DNA of 64,000 nucleotides from Owenia fusiformis (Eukaryota): NCBI GenBank assembly GCA_903813345.2, contig CAIIXF020000001.1, positions 31,434,001 to 31,498,000 of the forward strand, read 5' to 3'. Shown piece by piece: positions 25,138 to 36,822 of this stretch (position 1 is its first letter; each line of letters starts with the position of its first letter). The notes under the pieces were generated by a model. It saw only the letters and a program-made list of their open reading frames with translations, ran no database searches and was not told where the DNA came from. The position numbers and the translations under genes were made by a program.

Positions 25138-25305
25138 GTTGTTGGTTAACCTGGACTTCTTGGAGTGAGACTTGCCCTGATTGCTCAAGCTGCGGTGGAG
25201 GATCAGTAATATGCACACATACTAGGACTAGACAAGGACCAAACTGTGCAACAAATGTTCAGTTAGACACTAAAGTTTCGACCAAAACATGTTTGTCACC
25301 ACCAT
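25138..25305 (+). CDS. Gene 1 TSR-like exon A5 (not in ORF track)
   Basis: ttgcag|..T|gtatgt; CWLTWTSWSETCPDCSSCGGGSVICTHTRTRQGPNCATNVQLDTKVSTKTCLSPP. Confidence 0.9.
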
Positions 25306-25507
25306 GTATGTAATGTTTCTTCTGCGTTATTGAAAAAATATGTAAAAATGAATAAATATGCCCCCTTTTCATAATTAGCACGAAGTTGAGAAATGTTGAA
25401 TGATATGCTTCATAATAGCTGGAAATCTCGTTCATTGTTCCTTACTAGTTTTAATTTTTACCTTATTCACATTAACGTTTGCGATGATCTAGATGCTTAA
25501 TTTCCAG

Positions 25508-25678
25508 GTTGTATATGGTCACCCTGGGCTAGTTGGAGCGTGAATTGCCCATTTTGTCCCAAGTCCTGTAGTGGAGGATCTGTAAGTTGCACTCGAGCAA
25601 GGACTAGACAGGGACCATATTGCACACCAACGTCTCAATCACAGAGTCAGACATCATCAAAAATATGTCCAAAGATAT
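25508..25678 (+). CDS. Gene 1 TSR-like exon B5
   Basis: ttccag|..T|gtgagc; CIWSPWASWSVNCPFCPKSCSGGSVSCTRARTRQGPYCTPTSQSQSQTSSKICPKI. Confidence 0.9.
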
Positions 25679-26328
25679 GTGAGCATTGTTTCAAGCTTCC
25701 TAAATTGTTAACGAGTGATTTTTTATATATTTTGAGTTGGTTTTGAGTTTTCACATCGATCTTCCAAAAGATATGACTATATATTCCATACAGAAGTCTG
25801 TTTGTTCCAGATAATACAAGGCTTGGCTTCTAGGGTAGCAGGTATGCCATTATTTGGTATTAAAATAAAGGCATTTGAAATGAATGAAAGTAGCACATAA
25901 GGTCAAATATAGTTTACTCGTGGGCATTTTTACTTCGCGTGTGGCTGTCATTTCAGATTTGATGAAATTGTAGCAAACACGAGCTAGAATACATGGACAC
26001 TGATATCTCGAAAAGTAAAACTCCCTATCATTTTGATGTACAGGCTTACCGAAAGTGAATGCAACCCATAAATGTGCTTGACACTTCTCGTCATAACATT
26101 TTGGGTTATGCCCAAAATGGTCAAATGGTCTGTTAAAAATGTATCAAAATATGTGTTTTATACGACAACCTCGACGTCGCAGGCTTTCCTGTATGCGGCG
26201 CGAAACGTTCTCATATTCAAAGTACTATTAGTACCCGAGATAGCTCTGATTTTTGCAGTGATTTCTGTTTTTATTACGTGACTGATTGTCTTTGGGTGGT
26301 TTGCATAAACAATGGTCCTTTAATTAAC

Positions 26329-26619
26329 CCCACGTATAGAAATCTTGGGCGTTCAAGTTGAGTGAGTGCGGGGCTAACAAAGGGTCACATCTACCGATGA
26401 TCAGTGATCAAATCTTGTGGTGATGAGGAAGTTTTGAGACAGCATTAGGAATACTTCCCCAGGGACATCAACCATGAGAGAAAATGGTTGCACTTGAAGC
26501 CAATCGTTGGAGTGACTGTGCCAATGGTTTGAGCATCGACTGATCAGCAGGAGATGTGACATGTTGTGGGCCCTCCACTCACCCGACTTGAACGTCCTAG
26601 ATTTATACCCCTGAGGGTA
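26329..26619. mobile_element. Degenerate TTAA-flanked MITE (piggyBac-like)
   Basis: Imperfect inverted repeats AAATCT.GG.CGTTCAAGT.G.GTGAGTG near both ends, with TTAA at both flanks. Confidence 0.45.
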
Positions 26620-27558
26620 TTAACTGAAGGAAATATCGAAGCACAAGTGCTAAATGGAAAGGACCAAAAAACTGTAAAGAAATATATCAAAAAGGTGTAA
26701 ACATGTCATAAGAAAAATATACCCTAAACAGTATATTAAAAACATGATCAAACGTGAAAAGAAATAATGCCCAACACCCCCTTCCCCTCAAAGCAAGAGC
26801 CAATATCACAACCCAGGGCCAGAACACCAAGAGGACATTTCATTTCAAACGTGGGCGTGGCACTTTTTGATACTTGCCTAATTGCTGCAGAATTAAATAA
26901 AAAATACATATTACATTCACAACGATTGACATTTAATTAGCACTAACATTATGTACAATAACCTTGTAGTATGTTAATTATCATTATTAGACACTTCAAC
27001 TATTTTATGTAAGTGTTATCATGACCCTCCATTATATCCATATACCCTACTCGATGAGCATCACCAATGGTGTGTCAAATTATTTGTTAAGGTTTGAGAA
27101 AATTTTGATATATAAATGTTTCCATGGTAACCATATACGTTAGAGATTGGGAATTTCTAGCACTGACTAACCATGGCACTACCTGCCTAATATAAAATTA
27201 TGAATTTATAACCTACATTAGTATTCTTTTTATTCGGGGGTATCAAAGTACCCCGAAGGTTTTCTTGGGGTAGGGGCCCTCTGCCATAAGGCACGGCTTA
27301 AGTTTTGCCTTAAAATGGAAAGTAGTGTGTAGAGGTAGCATCAAGCAAAATATTTTGGCATAGATTTCCTCAAAGCAATATCCACTAATTATGGTACATA
27401 TTAAGTTTTCTAGATTTCTATAAAGCAAATATGTTGGATCACTGAAATAGTCCATAAAATATGAAACTCTCATTCATTATTCATTCATTTTTTTACTTTC
27501 AGGCAATTGTTTATGTTCAACTTGTTCAACTAGACAGAAAAGATGTTTAACATTGCAG

Positions 27559-27723
27559 GTTGTTGGTCAAATTGGGAAACTTGGAGCAAGAGTTGCCCTT
27601 CTTGCCCTCTTTGTGGCGGAGGATCTGTCACATGTACAAAGACTAGGACCAGACAAGGACCGAACTGCACACCAATGTCTCAATCACAGTATGAAACATC
27701 AACTAAAATGTGTTCAAAGATGT
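27559..27723 (+). CDS. Gene 1 TSR-like exon C (A/B hybrid, 165 bp)
   Basis: ttgcag|..T|gtaatc; CWSNWETWSKSCPSCPLCGGGSVTCTKTRTRQGPNCTPMSQSQYETSTKMCSKM. Confidence 0.88.
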
Positions 27724-30503
27724 GTAATCATTGCCTCACTTTTGTTGGTTGTTGTAAACTAAAGAAAATGTTCCTGCAAATGTAAAGACCCATCGTGAGT
27801 TATCACAGCCTTCTCTCAGTTTCCTTCTAGCCTACTATATCAATACCGGATAGCTAGCGTCAAGTACATTTTTATTTCGTCCGGTAAGGATGGTCACGAC
27901 ATGGCGAACTTTTTGAACACAGGTTTCTCTTAAACAAGTCATCACCAAATTCTGAAAAGTTTACACATTGTCAATTTAATGGTCATCTTTTAATGGTAAC
28001 AATATAATTTGAAATAGACATATATACTTTTCTCTATATTGTCTTAGAAAACACATCGGACACTTCTTTTGTTCTAGGTATCATATGTTCGGAATGAAAT
28101 GAAACATCTATTCGAACCTCATTGGAACGAAAAGACATAAACAAAATATGTTTATGTCTCTCAATATTATAATTATACAAAGGAAAGTCCGGTTGATTTA
28201 AAAAAAAGTATCTTGTTAATGAATGTAAAGGTTTATCTAAGTTAGTTTTTATCTATTTCGTTTTTTGTTTTAATTTTTTGAATACTTTTTGTTAAATCAA
28301 CCAAAATTTCCTTTGTACAACTATAATATTGGGAAGTCTAAGAAAATGTTGTATATGCTATTTTGTTCAAACAAGCTTCGGAAAGATAATTTATTTCATT
28401 TTCAAGAAATGGTAAAAAGTAACAAAAAAACAATTGCACTAAAAACAAGAAATTTTAACAAAAACAGTTATATAAAAATATATAAATTATTTTCGCATTA
28501 AATTGTTGTCAATCAGTCAATATTACATAAAGGACCGTGTTTTTCTACAGAATGTTTTCGATAATTGGTTTAAGAGAAAAAGTATTTCCGTGCTTAACCC
28601 CACATTACAAATAATCTATAGATAATTGACTGCCATTTTATAAGAATTGTGTGTTCCCTAAGTTACTGGCCATGGGAATCTGATGAGCCGGTTTCTAGAT
28701 AAGGAAACACTGTAAAACTATCACAGGCTACCGAATTAAAACACACCTACCTTTCTCTGGATCAAAAATGGAAGTCTGTGTCCAGTATCTTGGTTTGTAC
28801 AAGACGAAAATACTGGACGCGTTTCTACCCCCTGATTTTACTATATTTTTGGATCACCAAATGACATAAAATTAACACACTAGACGTTGTTTTAGACGCT
28901 CTTTTGATCTAGGGAGGTGGAGACATTGAATAACTGGTCAATCGACATGAAAATCTGCACTTTCTTTATCGGCAAAAAATCCTCAATTCAACTCCTTTGC
29001 TCTCCTAAAAATATCGATAGAGTTTAAATAACTTGTTTCCAAGTCAAATATAGCTCTATTCCAAATCGATTGACAATGGTCGTTATGATCAAACATGCTG
29101 GCATTCAATTATATTCAGTGGATTTGGGATGCATCTACTTCCGGGTTTATCCATAGCTGATAAAATCCAATTCACTTCCGGAAATGCGCGGTGGACGTAA
29201 ACTCGTCACAGCATTTCTACTGTACGAAATGGGTCGAATCATGGTTCTGCATGAATGAATGAAGAATACACTAAGACTATTGGTGCATTAAAAGGTTACA
29301 TATTTGAAAACGTTATTTAATTTCGAGTTTTGAAATTGTTAAAAAAGATATATAGAAACTCAGTTGGTGCTGTCATATCGAATTTATGATATCAAAATGA
29401 CCGTTATAATAACCATAAGAAACCTCAAATCAAAAATAAAAATCTGCCAAAGTATCTGTATATTTGATTCAATGCTGGAATCTTAATGGATATCATTCCA
29501 TTTTTTTAACCTTCATGTTTTTGTTTTTTTTAATTCCTTAATATTGTAATTAGCATTTCCTCCTTTACCTGCAATGCTAGAGCAAGTTAGTGGATATTTT
29601 AAAACTGCATTGCGGGTACTGGGTAGTCGAAATCCGTGGATTCAGTCATACACATGTTATGTGTCATTAGTTCACGTTTACATACGTGAACATTGCACAC
29701 ATATAACAGCAAATCGAGAAAGTGATTTCAGAATTTCTGCTGAACATATTGTCTTAAAATCTGCATACACATTCAATATTTATAGTATGACAATATAGGA
29801 AAGTTTCACCTGCTACATTCATGTTATAGAGAAAAGATTTGAACAAGATTTCGTAAACAAAAACAGATATGTCTTACGTCGATTCCAGTATGTAACATTT
29901 GGATTGAAAACAGTCACAAATAAATCCAATCGTAACGTTCACAAATCAACATGATACATTATAATTAAATTGCTTTTTGAAAATATATACTTTATACCAT
30001 AACCCTACAAAGAAGGGGTTGGATTTTTTATCTTACTTCACACAAACATTTTTTGAAACATAAAATAATAATTATATTACTTGATTATTTTTTCCCCCAT
30101 TATGAAGTAAACCTACGACAAATTATACATACCTTCTCAAAGTTGATTTGCCAATGTAATATCACGGGATGTGTGTTTATATCGTAGCTACAAGTTGGTA
30201 AATCAATTGACACGGATGTGTTAATAAAGATTATTCAAACAAAGGCAACAATTCTTCAATTGAAAAGTACAGAGGCGTGAACTTATGATAACCTCACATG
30301 TGCAATATTTTGCATTTAAGTGGGACATTAGGGAGTAGTATCCATAAGGTAAACGCATATAATCAAGTAAGTATTATAATTCTATGCTGTCACATTTATT
30401 GCAGTATCTTCCTGTTCGACGCAAGTGCCATTACAGTAAGGTTATTTTGTAATACAATCAATACAATTTATTCATAACTACTAAATGAATGTCCAACTTA
30501 CAG

Positions 30504-30677
30504 GTTGTTGGTCAAACTGGGCTACTTGGAGCGAGAGTTGCCCTTCATGCCCGAAGTCTTGTAATAGAGGATCTGTTAAGTGTACACGGACTAGGACCAG
30601 ACAAGGACCATACTGCACACCAAATCCCCAATTACAGACCGAAGTGTCGACCAAATTATGTACCGATATACCTTCAT
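30504..30677 (+). CDS. Gene 1 TSR-like exon D (B/A hybrid, 174 bp)
   Basis: ttacag|..T|gtaagc; CWSNWATWSESCPSCPKSCNRGSVKCTRTRTRQGPYCTPNPQLQTEVSTKLCTDIPS. Confidence 0.88.
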
Positions 30678-31019
30678 GTAAGCAATGTTGTCTTGAAGTT
30701 ATTAACATGTTCAAAGGGTATAAAGGCGCATACGTCCTGGCTCAACAATAAAAACAAAATTATTTAAATAATATATATAAATAAAATATTCACCTAAAGG
30801 CAGATGTACTGTCAGCGTACGTCCATTCCCGTGGCAACCTTGCGCCTTTTTATCACACTTTGAAAATATTTACATTATGTTTACTGCTAACAATTCCCAG
30901 GGAGTGATAATAATTTTCAGAACTATTTTGTAACATTTGCAGACCTTTTGAACTCTTGTTGAAATCGAGTATTAACAAGCAGCCTCTCTTTGTCATAGTT
31001 ATTTTACTTTTTATGTCAG

Positions 31020-31267
31020 GTTGCAATTCGAAGAGTTGGACATCATGGAGTTGCTCACCTTGTGGCATATTTTCATTTCGGGCATCTGAAGATAGAATCA
31101 CAGAATATGACCGACAGCCGTCCATAAGTAGAAATTGTAGAAGTAAAAAAGAATGTATCCGTCGTTTTACGTGTTCTTGTCAATCCTTGGCTTGTACGAG
31201 TGACACACAAACTAGAACAGAGGTGTGTTATTACGTAACACCCATAGGCCGGTGCATCCGTGAATAG
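31020..31267 (+). CDS. Gene 1 probable terminal exon, divergent Cys-rich TSR-like module
   Basis: Phase-1 acceptor tgtcag|GT; CNSKSWTSWSCSPC...CIRRFTCSCQSLACTSDTQTRTEVCYYVTPIGRCIRE*; AATAAA at 31301. Confidence 0.7.
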
Positions 31268-31854
31268 ACATTACAGCTTGCAATGTACAGAGTATGAAAT
31301 AATAAACATATATATTCTGCATATAATATGGGTTATGTCTTCATTACATTTTGTAGTTGTTTTTTTGCAAGATAAATGAAGTTTTTTTTCAAACATAGCT
31401 TGTGAAGATGTGTCCGATTCCAACCAATCAAAACATTGTATTTCATACAACTGCATTACAATATACTAACACAATGCATCCAAAGTCATTTTTAGATTAC
31501 CTCAGTTTCATAATTTCAAGTTAGCTGTTCTATCCATTCCCTCGTTTATTGTATTTTTATTAGAAACCAGACTATTACGCATCAAAATAAAGAAGATGCA
31601 ATTATTCTGCATGGACATTTTTCTCACATATTATGTACTAACCGCATCCTGTTTATCGGATGTCGCAAATTGACACCACCCATTAATTCTGCTCCCTCTA
31701 TATTTGTGGCAACGAGATTGGATATGCTCTAGTCAGATAAAGGAATGGCATTAAGTTGCATCAATTATGTAAATCCCTTATACAAAACTAGATCTATAAT
31801 TAATTACCATACAAAATAGAGAATGTTGAAGAAGTACAGTAAAAACTAAGGTAC

Positions 31855-33043
31855 TGGAACCGGACGAAACGGGGAGGGGAATGTGGCTTTTAAACAGAAC
31901 CTAATATAGCAAATATAACATGCAACACGACAAGCAATATAAAATATAACATTACGTACAAGGTTTATTTAATTTAATATAAAACAGAACATAGAACACA
32001 AATAAAACACGAACGTGTAATTGCACTGATTATTATATTTGAACTAGTTATAGTATTATGGAAATGTAAAAATGTCTATTTAAAATGTCTATACAACTAG
32101 AACTACAGAAGTGTCTAATATAATAAAAGCTATGCGAGACGATATAAGGCACTTGGTTGTGGGAAATCATCCTTCAAGTGGGCGTGGAAAGTTCTGCTCG
32201 AGATGGCGGGGAACTTGGCTGACTGGGTGTTGAAATCCCACGGTGATAGTTTTTTCGATCAGCGAATTCCAGCTGCTACGGCACCCCAACGGACTGCTGT
32301 AGATTCACAGCTTACGAATCCTTTATCTCGGGTTGCTCATTGCTGTCTATCGTCGTTGATGAAGTCTTTATTCCGATGTCACATCTAGCCCTAGTTCAAC
32401 AAGTTAAACCTAGTCTGGGCCTTATTTCTTATCTGACATAGCTTGTGGCCCGCCCTAGGTTTAACGTCCGTGCCTATTCGGCCCTTGGTGCAAAATATTT
32501 AATAGTGGCCTATGGCAGCGCATAGAATTCCATGCGCGTTTAATTTATAACTGATAGTGAGAATTTGCAACAAATAAAACTATGGCATGGAAGTTAAACC
32601 CAATCACGGCAACAATAACATTCAGATTAATAAATAAAAGCCGTGGTATTGGGTTTAACTTGTTGAACTAATCTAGCCCATGAGCAGAAATCCTTTCACC
32701 TAGAAAATGTGCATAGCCCTACCTTGTAGTCGTGCCTCCAGATATCGTCTGACGCCCTACAACGCTGACGATCTAAAATTCGATTCAATCGTGAGTTGAT
32801 ACAAAATCAACCAATCAGATTATAGATAAATATTTCCAACTCGCGTTCGAATTGCGTTTTCCGTCGTGGTTTGCTTCGTCTTAGTTACAAAACCGGTTTA
32901 TTTCCGATTAGTCTACCACACAGGATTGATATTTAAAGTGTTGCTCCGTTTTTGTGTTTCAGTGAAATAGACTTTAAAAATATTATACTACCGCAACTGC
33001 GAAAGCTTTATGTATTAATAATTTCGTTAAGCAGACCATTACA
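31855..33043 (-). mobile_element. Solo LTR of the Ty3/gypsy family found at 51-62 kb
   Basis: TG..CA ends with 4-bp TSD GTAC (31851-31854 and 33044-33047); extensive identity to 51061-51954. Confidence 0.92.
32392..32670. mobile_element. 279-bp MITE inside the solo LTR with a 9-bp TSD (AcademH- or MULE-like)
   Basis: 19-bp TIR TAGTTCAACAAGTTAAACC; TSD ATCTAGCCC at 32383-32391 and 32671-32679; absent from the other LTR. Confidence 0.9.
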
Positions 33044-34516
33044 GTACCATATTAAATATCTTTCAAAACTCTCTCGAGAGGTGTATTAAAAACAGAAAAG
33101 TAGGTCGAATTAGGTCATAAGTAGGTCAAAGTAACATAGGGAGGATATTTTTGGTGTATTTCGCCTTTTCTTAATATGTATAACATTGTATTAGTATATT
33201 TAAATGTATCTCAGGGTGTACCAGATGTCATGAGAATTTTTAAGGGAAATATAAGGCATTGGTAGTTCTTTGTCAAATTTGGAGCACTTATTAAGCAAAC
33301 ATTAAAGAATAACTGACATCAATTGCAGCCTCATAGCTGTTTTTTTATTGTCAAATAAAACATGTCTCCAACAATTCCGGGGTCTATGGAGTCGTGTTAA
33401 TCATTTGACCATAATCGAAAATAGTTTGGCTGAAAACTTGCATCGAACGCTCTCTAATGTTTATTAAGAGACGTTTAATCAGGACTACTAAATACTCTGC
33501 CCTGGCAGGAGCTTCATAAGAAATCCCAGCAGCCCTCTCTCAGTTCATTTCTAGTAAGTAAGGCAGGAATGGTCCATCTGAGTATCAAATTGACATCAAT
33601 GAGCTTCGCATATGTACGATGGACAGTCATGCCGTCATTATCAAGCTCAACCCTTTCGCATGATGACGTGAATTCAGTAGGGAAATGATGGCCTGGTGAC
33701 TGATAAGTAAGAGCGTTTTTAGGGTAAATATGTAAATTACCCACCGTGCTTAGACTTAAAAGTATATCATTGAAAATGTTGATAAGGATTATCACATTTG
33801 AACCACTTGTCAACATTTGGTGTAAAATATTAAATAGAACTGGAGATCATTTCATTGATGTATAAGAATAAAAATAATGGTGCCAAAAGGAGCATTTGGT
33901 CTTGGGAGGCAAAACATAATAGCAGTAATCACATTCAAAGCAGATTTGCAATTTAGTAAAATACTGATGCCTTACCTTACGGATGTAAGACCTCTGTTCA
34001 ATAAGATTTTTTCAAGATGGCCACTGAATTCGGAATAGATTTAGAAGATTTTTGTTAATTGCTGTTTTCAAATTGGCTGCCGATTTTTCAAACGCAAAAT
34101 TCAAAATGGCAACCACCTTTTAAACGCCTTGCTAACATTTGTGAGATATTTGCACCTTCGCAAGTTTCTAAAAGCAAGCCGTGCATACGAATTGAGTTGC
34201 TGACATGTTGAGAATGTATTTTGATTAAAAGTTGATTAAAGTGCGAATTGAAAATTGATGGCGTGAAATTCCATTTCTTTTTCATCATGATTAAATTGTT
34301 TTGAACTTATCGTTATTTGAAAAAGACATATTGTTTAACAAATATAAAAGATTACATACACAGCATAAACGATTAATTGTCTAACATATAAATGTATCTG
34401 CCTCCGATCATAATATCAATTTTAATTCATCTATGTGTGACAGTTATATATTATTAAGTAAATGTGCGATGAACTGATAAAATTATTAAATTAAACGCAT
34501 ACGGGACATCGCTACA

Positions 34517-34568
34517 ATGCTGAAGTGCAAGACTATCTTCGGAATAGTCCTTTTTATAACCGTGTTGG
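34517..34568 (+). CDS. Gene 2 exon 1, signal peptide
   Basis: ATG..MLKCKTIFGIVLFITVL G|gtaagt (strong donor, phase 1). Confidence 0.8.
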
Positions 34569-35326
34569 GTAAGTAACATATTATCCTCTTTTAATTTTAA
34601 TTGCTATTTAAATCTTGCTGATTGATACCTTAGAAATTAGTATATGATCAATGTCATCACTGTGATAATTTTAGTCAATATCATGATTTTCTACTAAGTT
34701 TCCATATTTTTACTGCAAACGTCTGCATCAAATTAATTAGTTTACTTTTCTATGATATTTGATAAATAAAGTCTTCCATATAGTTTTCAAAGGAATTGTA
34801 ATAACTCAACACCACTATTTAGTATTTCTAAAACAAAAACTAGTCCAAAACATAGACTGCAAGGAGAAACCTAAGTCAACACTGACATTATTCACGATGT
34901 CATCCATTAAACACAAACCTAAAAACGATGATGAACTTGTAAGACTTACACATTGGTATGTTTGAATTCTATATTCATAGTTCAGTGACATATCATACAT
35001 AAACTCAATAAATGTTTTTTCATGTTCTACTTCATCATTGACAAGGGTCATATTTGGATTGTCATAAAGAATCCTGTATCATTCTTAATTTCATAATAAC
35101 ATGTTTTCCCAGGGAAAATAACAGAGAATAATATTGATATTCAAAAATCCCATATCGGATTTGAACGATTTCGTTTCGAATGAACGAGATTCGGACAATT
35201 GGGCTTCGGATGTTTGGGTTTTGGACTGATGTAATTCAGACCAATGGTGTGTTCTCATGTGTTTCCCTGTCTATTAGTATAACATGCATAGTTGATTTAA
35301 AGTATTTCAAATCTTATACTTAATAG

Positions 35327-35427
35327 GTACCCTGGTAGATGCAAAGTATCATGCTGACTGCATGAAGAGATGTAAGGCAACGAAAACTGGTATCAAGAAG
35401 TGTAGGATGTGGTGCAAGATTCCGAAT
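35327..35427 (+). CDS. Gene 2 exon 2, end of signal peptide plus CX3C-X9-CX3C module
   Basis: taatag|GT..AAT|gtaggt (phase 1-0); TLVDA-KYHADCMKRCKATKTGIKKCRMWCKIPN. Confidence 0.75.
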
Positions 35428-35737
35428 GTAGGTTAAATATAAAAACAAGGCTTTAACAATCAAAATATCACCGCCTTCCATTTATTAAAGACTCCGAACT
35501 CAAAACGCAGGACGTTCGAATCATTTAATTCAATTAGTACTTAAAAATATATTAGGTAACATTATGTAATATCGCCAAAACAATTCATTCTTGATTGTTA
35601 TTCGTTTATCAACGTAATTCCTTCTATACTGTGTAAAATACCCAGTATCAATCGGACACGCCTGTTAGTTTTGAAGTCAAATGTGGACCATGAAGTTTCG
35701 TTTCTTCGTGAGGTTTAAATATCATATGCGATTTTAG

Positions 35738-35834
35738 ACAGCGCGTGTAGATGGAACATGTTGGAATACATGCATTTCTGAATCTGAGAAACCACAATTC
35801 AAAAAATGTCTGGCAATGTGCATTTTAAAACCAG
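35738..35834 (+). CDS. Gene 2 exon 3, second module CX3C-X11-CX3C
   Basis: ttttag|ACA..CCAG|gtaata (phase 0-1); TARVDGTCWNTCISESEKPQFKKCLAMCILKP. Confidence 0.75.
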
Positions 35835-36336
35835 GTAATACCTAATGAACATTCTCGACTAATTAGACTAATTTGTGATACATGGGGGTGGTAGAGTAGC
35901 AAAGATATGAAAGTTAATGCCAATAAAAACGAAATTCATAAAATATAGTTACATATCTTGGGCTTTCCCCCTCTTCTTTTGAAGAGGTACTTTAATAAGG
36001 TTTAAACAATACCAACAGTATTGAGTCAGACAACAAATAAAAAATCACCGGGGTCAAAATGATCTTCCCTCCGACCTAATGTTATAAAAATTACGAAAAT
36101 CTGATACCAGATACGGTGTCTTGTATTACATTGACTCTCGGCTATATTGGCTAGTCTGATAATGAAATATACATAAGGGATATACTAACAGCCAATATAC
36201 TTAGAGGTATAAAAGACGAAATAAAGGAGGCATAAAAATCTCCTTTTGCAACTCAACCAGGCTAAAAATCTTAACGTACATGTGCTCTGACTAGCCAATT
36301 TTATATATTACATCATTCGAAGGATTATTTTATTAG

Positions 36337-36513
36337 TTAATTGCCAGTGGGAGCAGTGGACAGACTGGGGACTGTGTACAGAATGTTTAAAATGCTGTCA
36401 GAAACATTGTATACGGACCAGAGGAAAGACACCAACACTTCAAAGCGGAAAACAGTGCGTGGGGTCTCATATAGAAAACAAGCTGGTAAAATGCAGCAAG
36501 ATTGATTGCTCGC
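36337..36513 (+). CDS. Gene 2 exon 4, TSR-like domain
   Basis: tattag|TT..C|gtatgt (phase 1-1); VNCQWEQWTDWGLCTECLKCCQKHCIRTRGKTPTLQSGKQCVGSHIENKLVKCSKIDCS. Confidence 0.85.
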
Positions 36514-36822
36514 GTATGTAACTTTATACCACTATCATGCAAATTTCCATATGTTAGATCAAAACGTTAACATTTCAACATGTAGCTTTTTAAAGTATTT
36601 ATTTAAGGGATGCGTATGAAATGTACTATAAGTGTGCTACTACACCATTCTGATTTATCAGAGTCGCTCTTTACCTAACGCTTTTGTCCAAAAGGATAGT
36701 AAAGGCTGTGGATCCCACAACGCTACTACACCGTTGCTCATAAATATGGAATATAACATTCATCAAATGAGAAGTCATTTAAGCAATTTATTTCCTAAAA
36801 ATACATAATACATAGGCCTAAT

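Noticed and set aside
28675..28720. Hammerhead ribozyme core (CTGATGAG...GAAAC)
   Set aside because: Lacks the C before GAAA, and I could not find convincing stems I-III.
34695..34716. Possible right TIR matching CAGTAAAAA at 31837
   Set aside because: Only a partial match, not followed by TA, and it would enclose gene 2 exon 1; likely chance.
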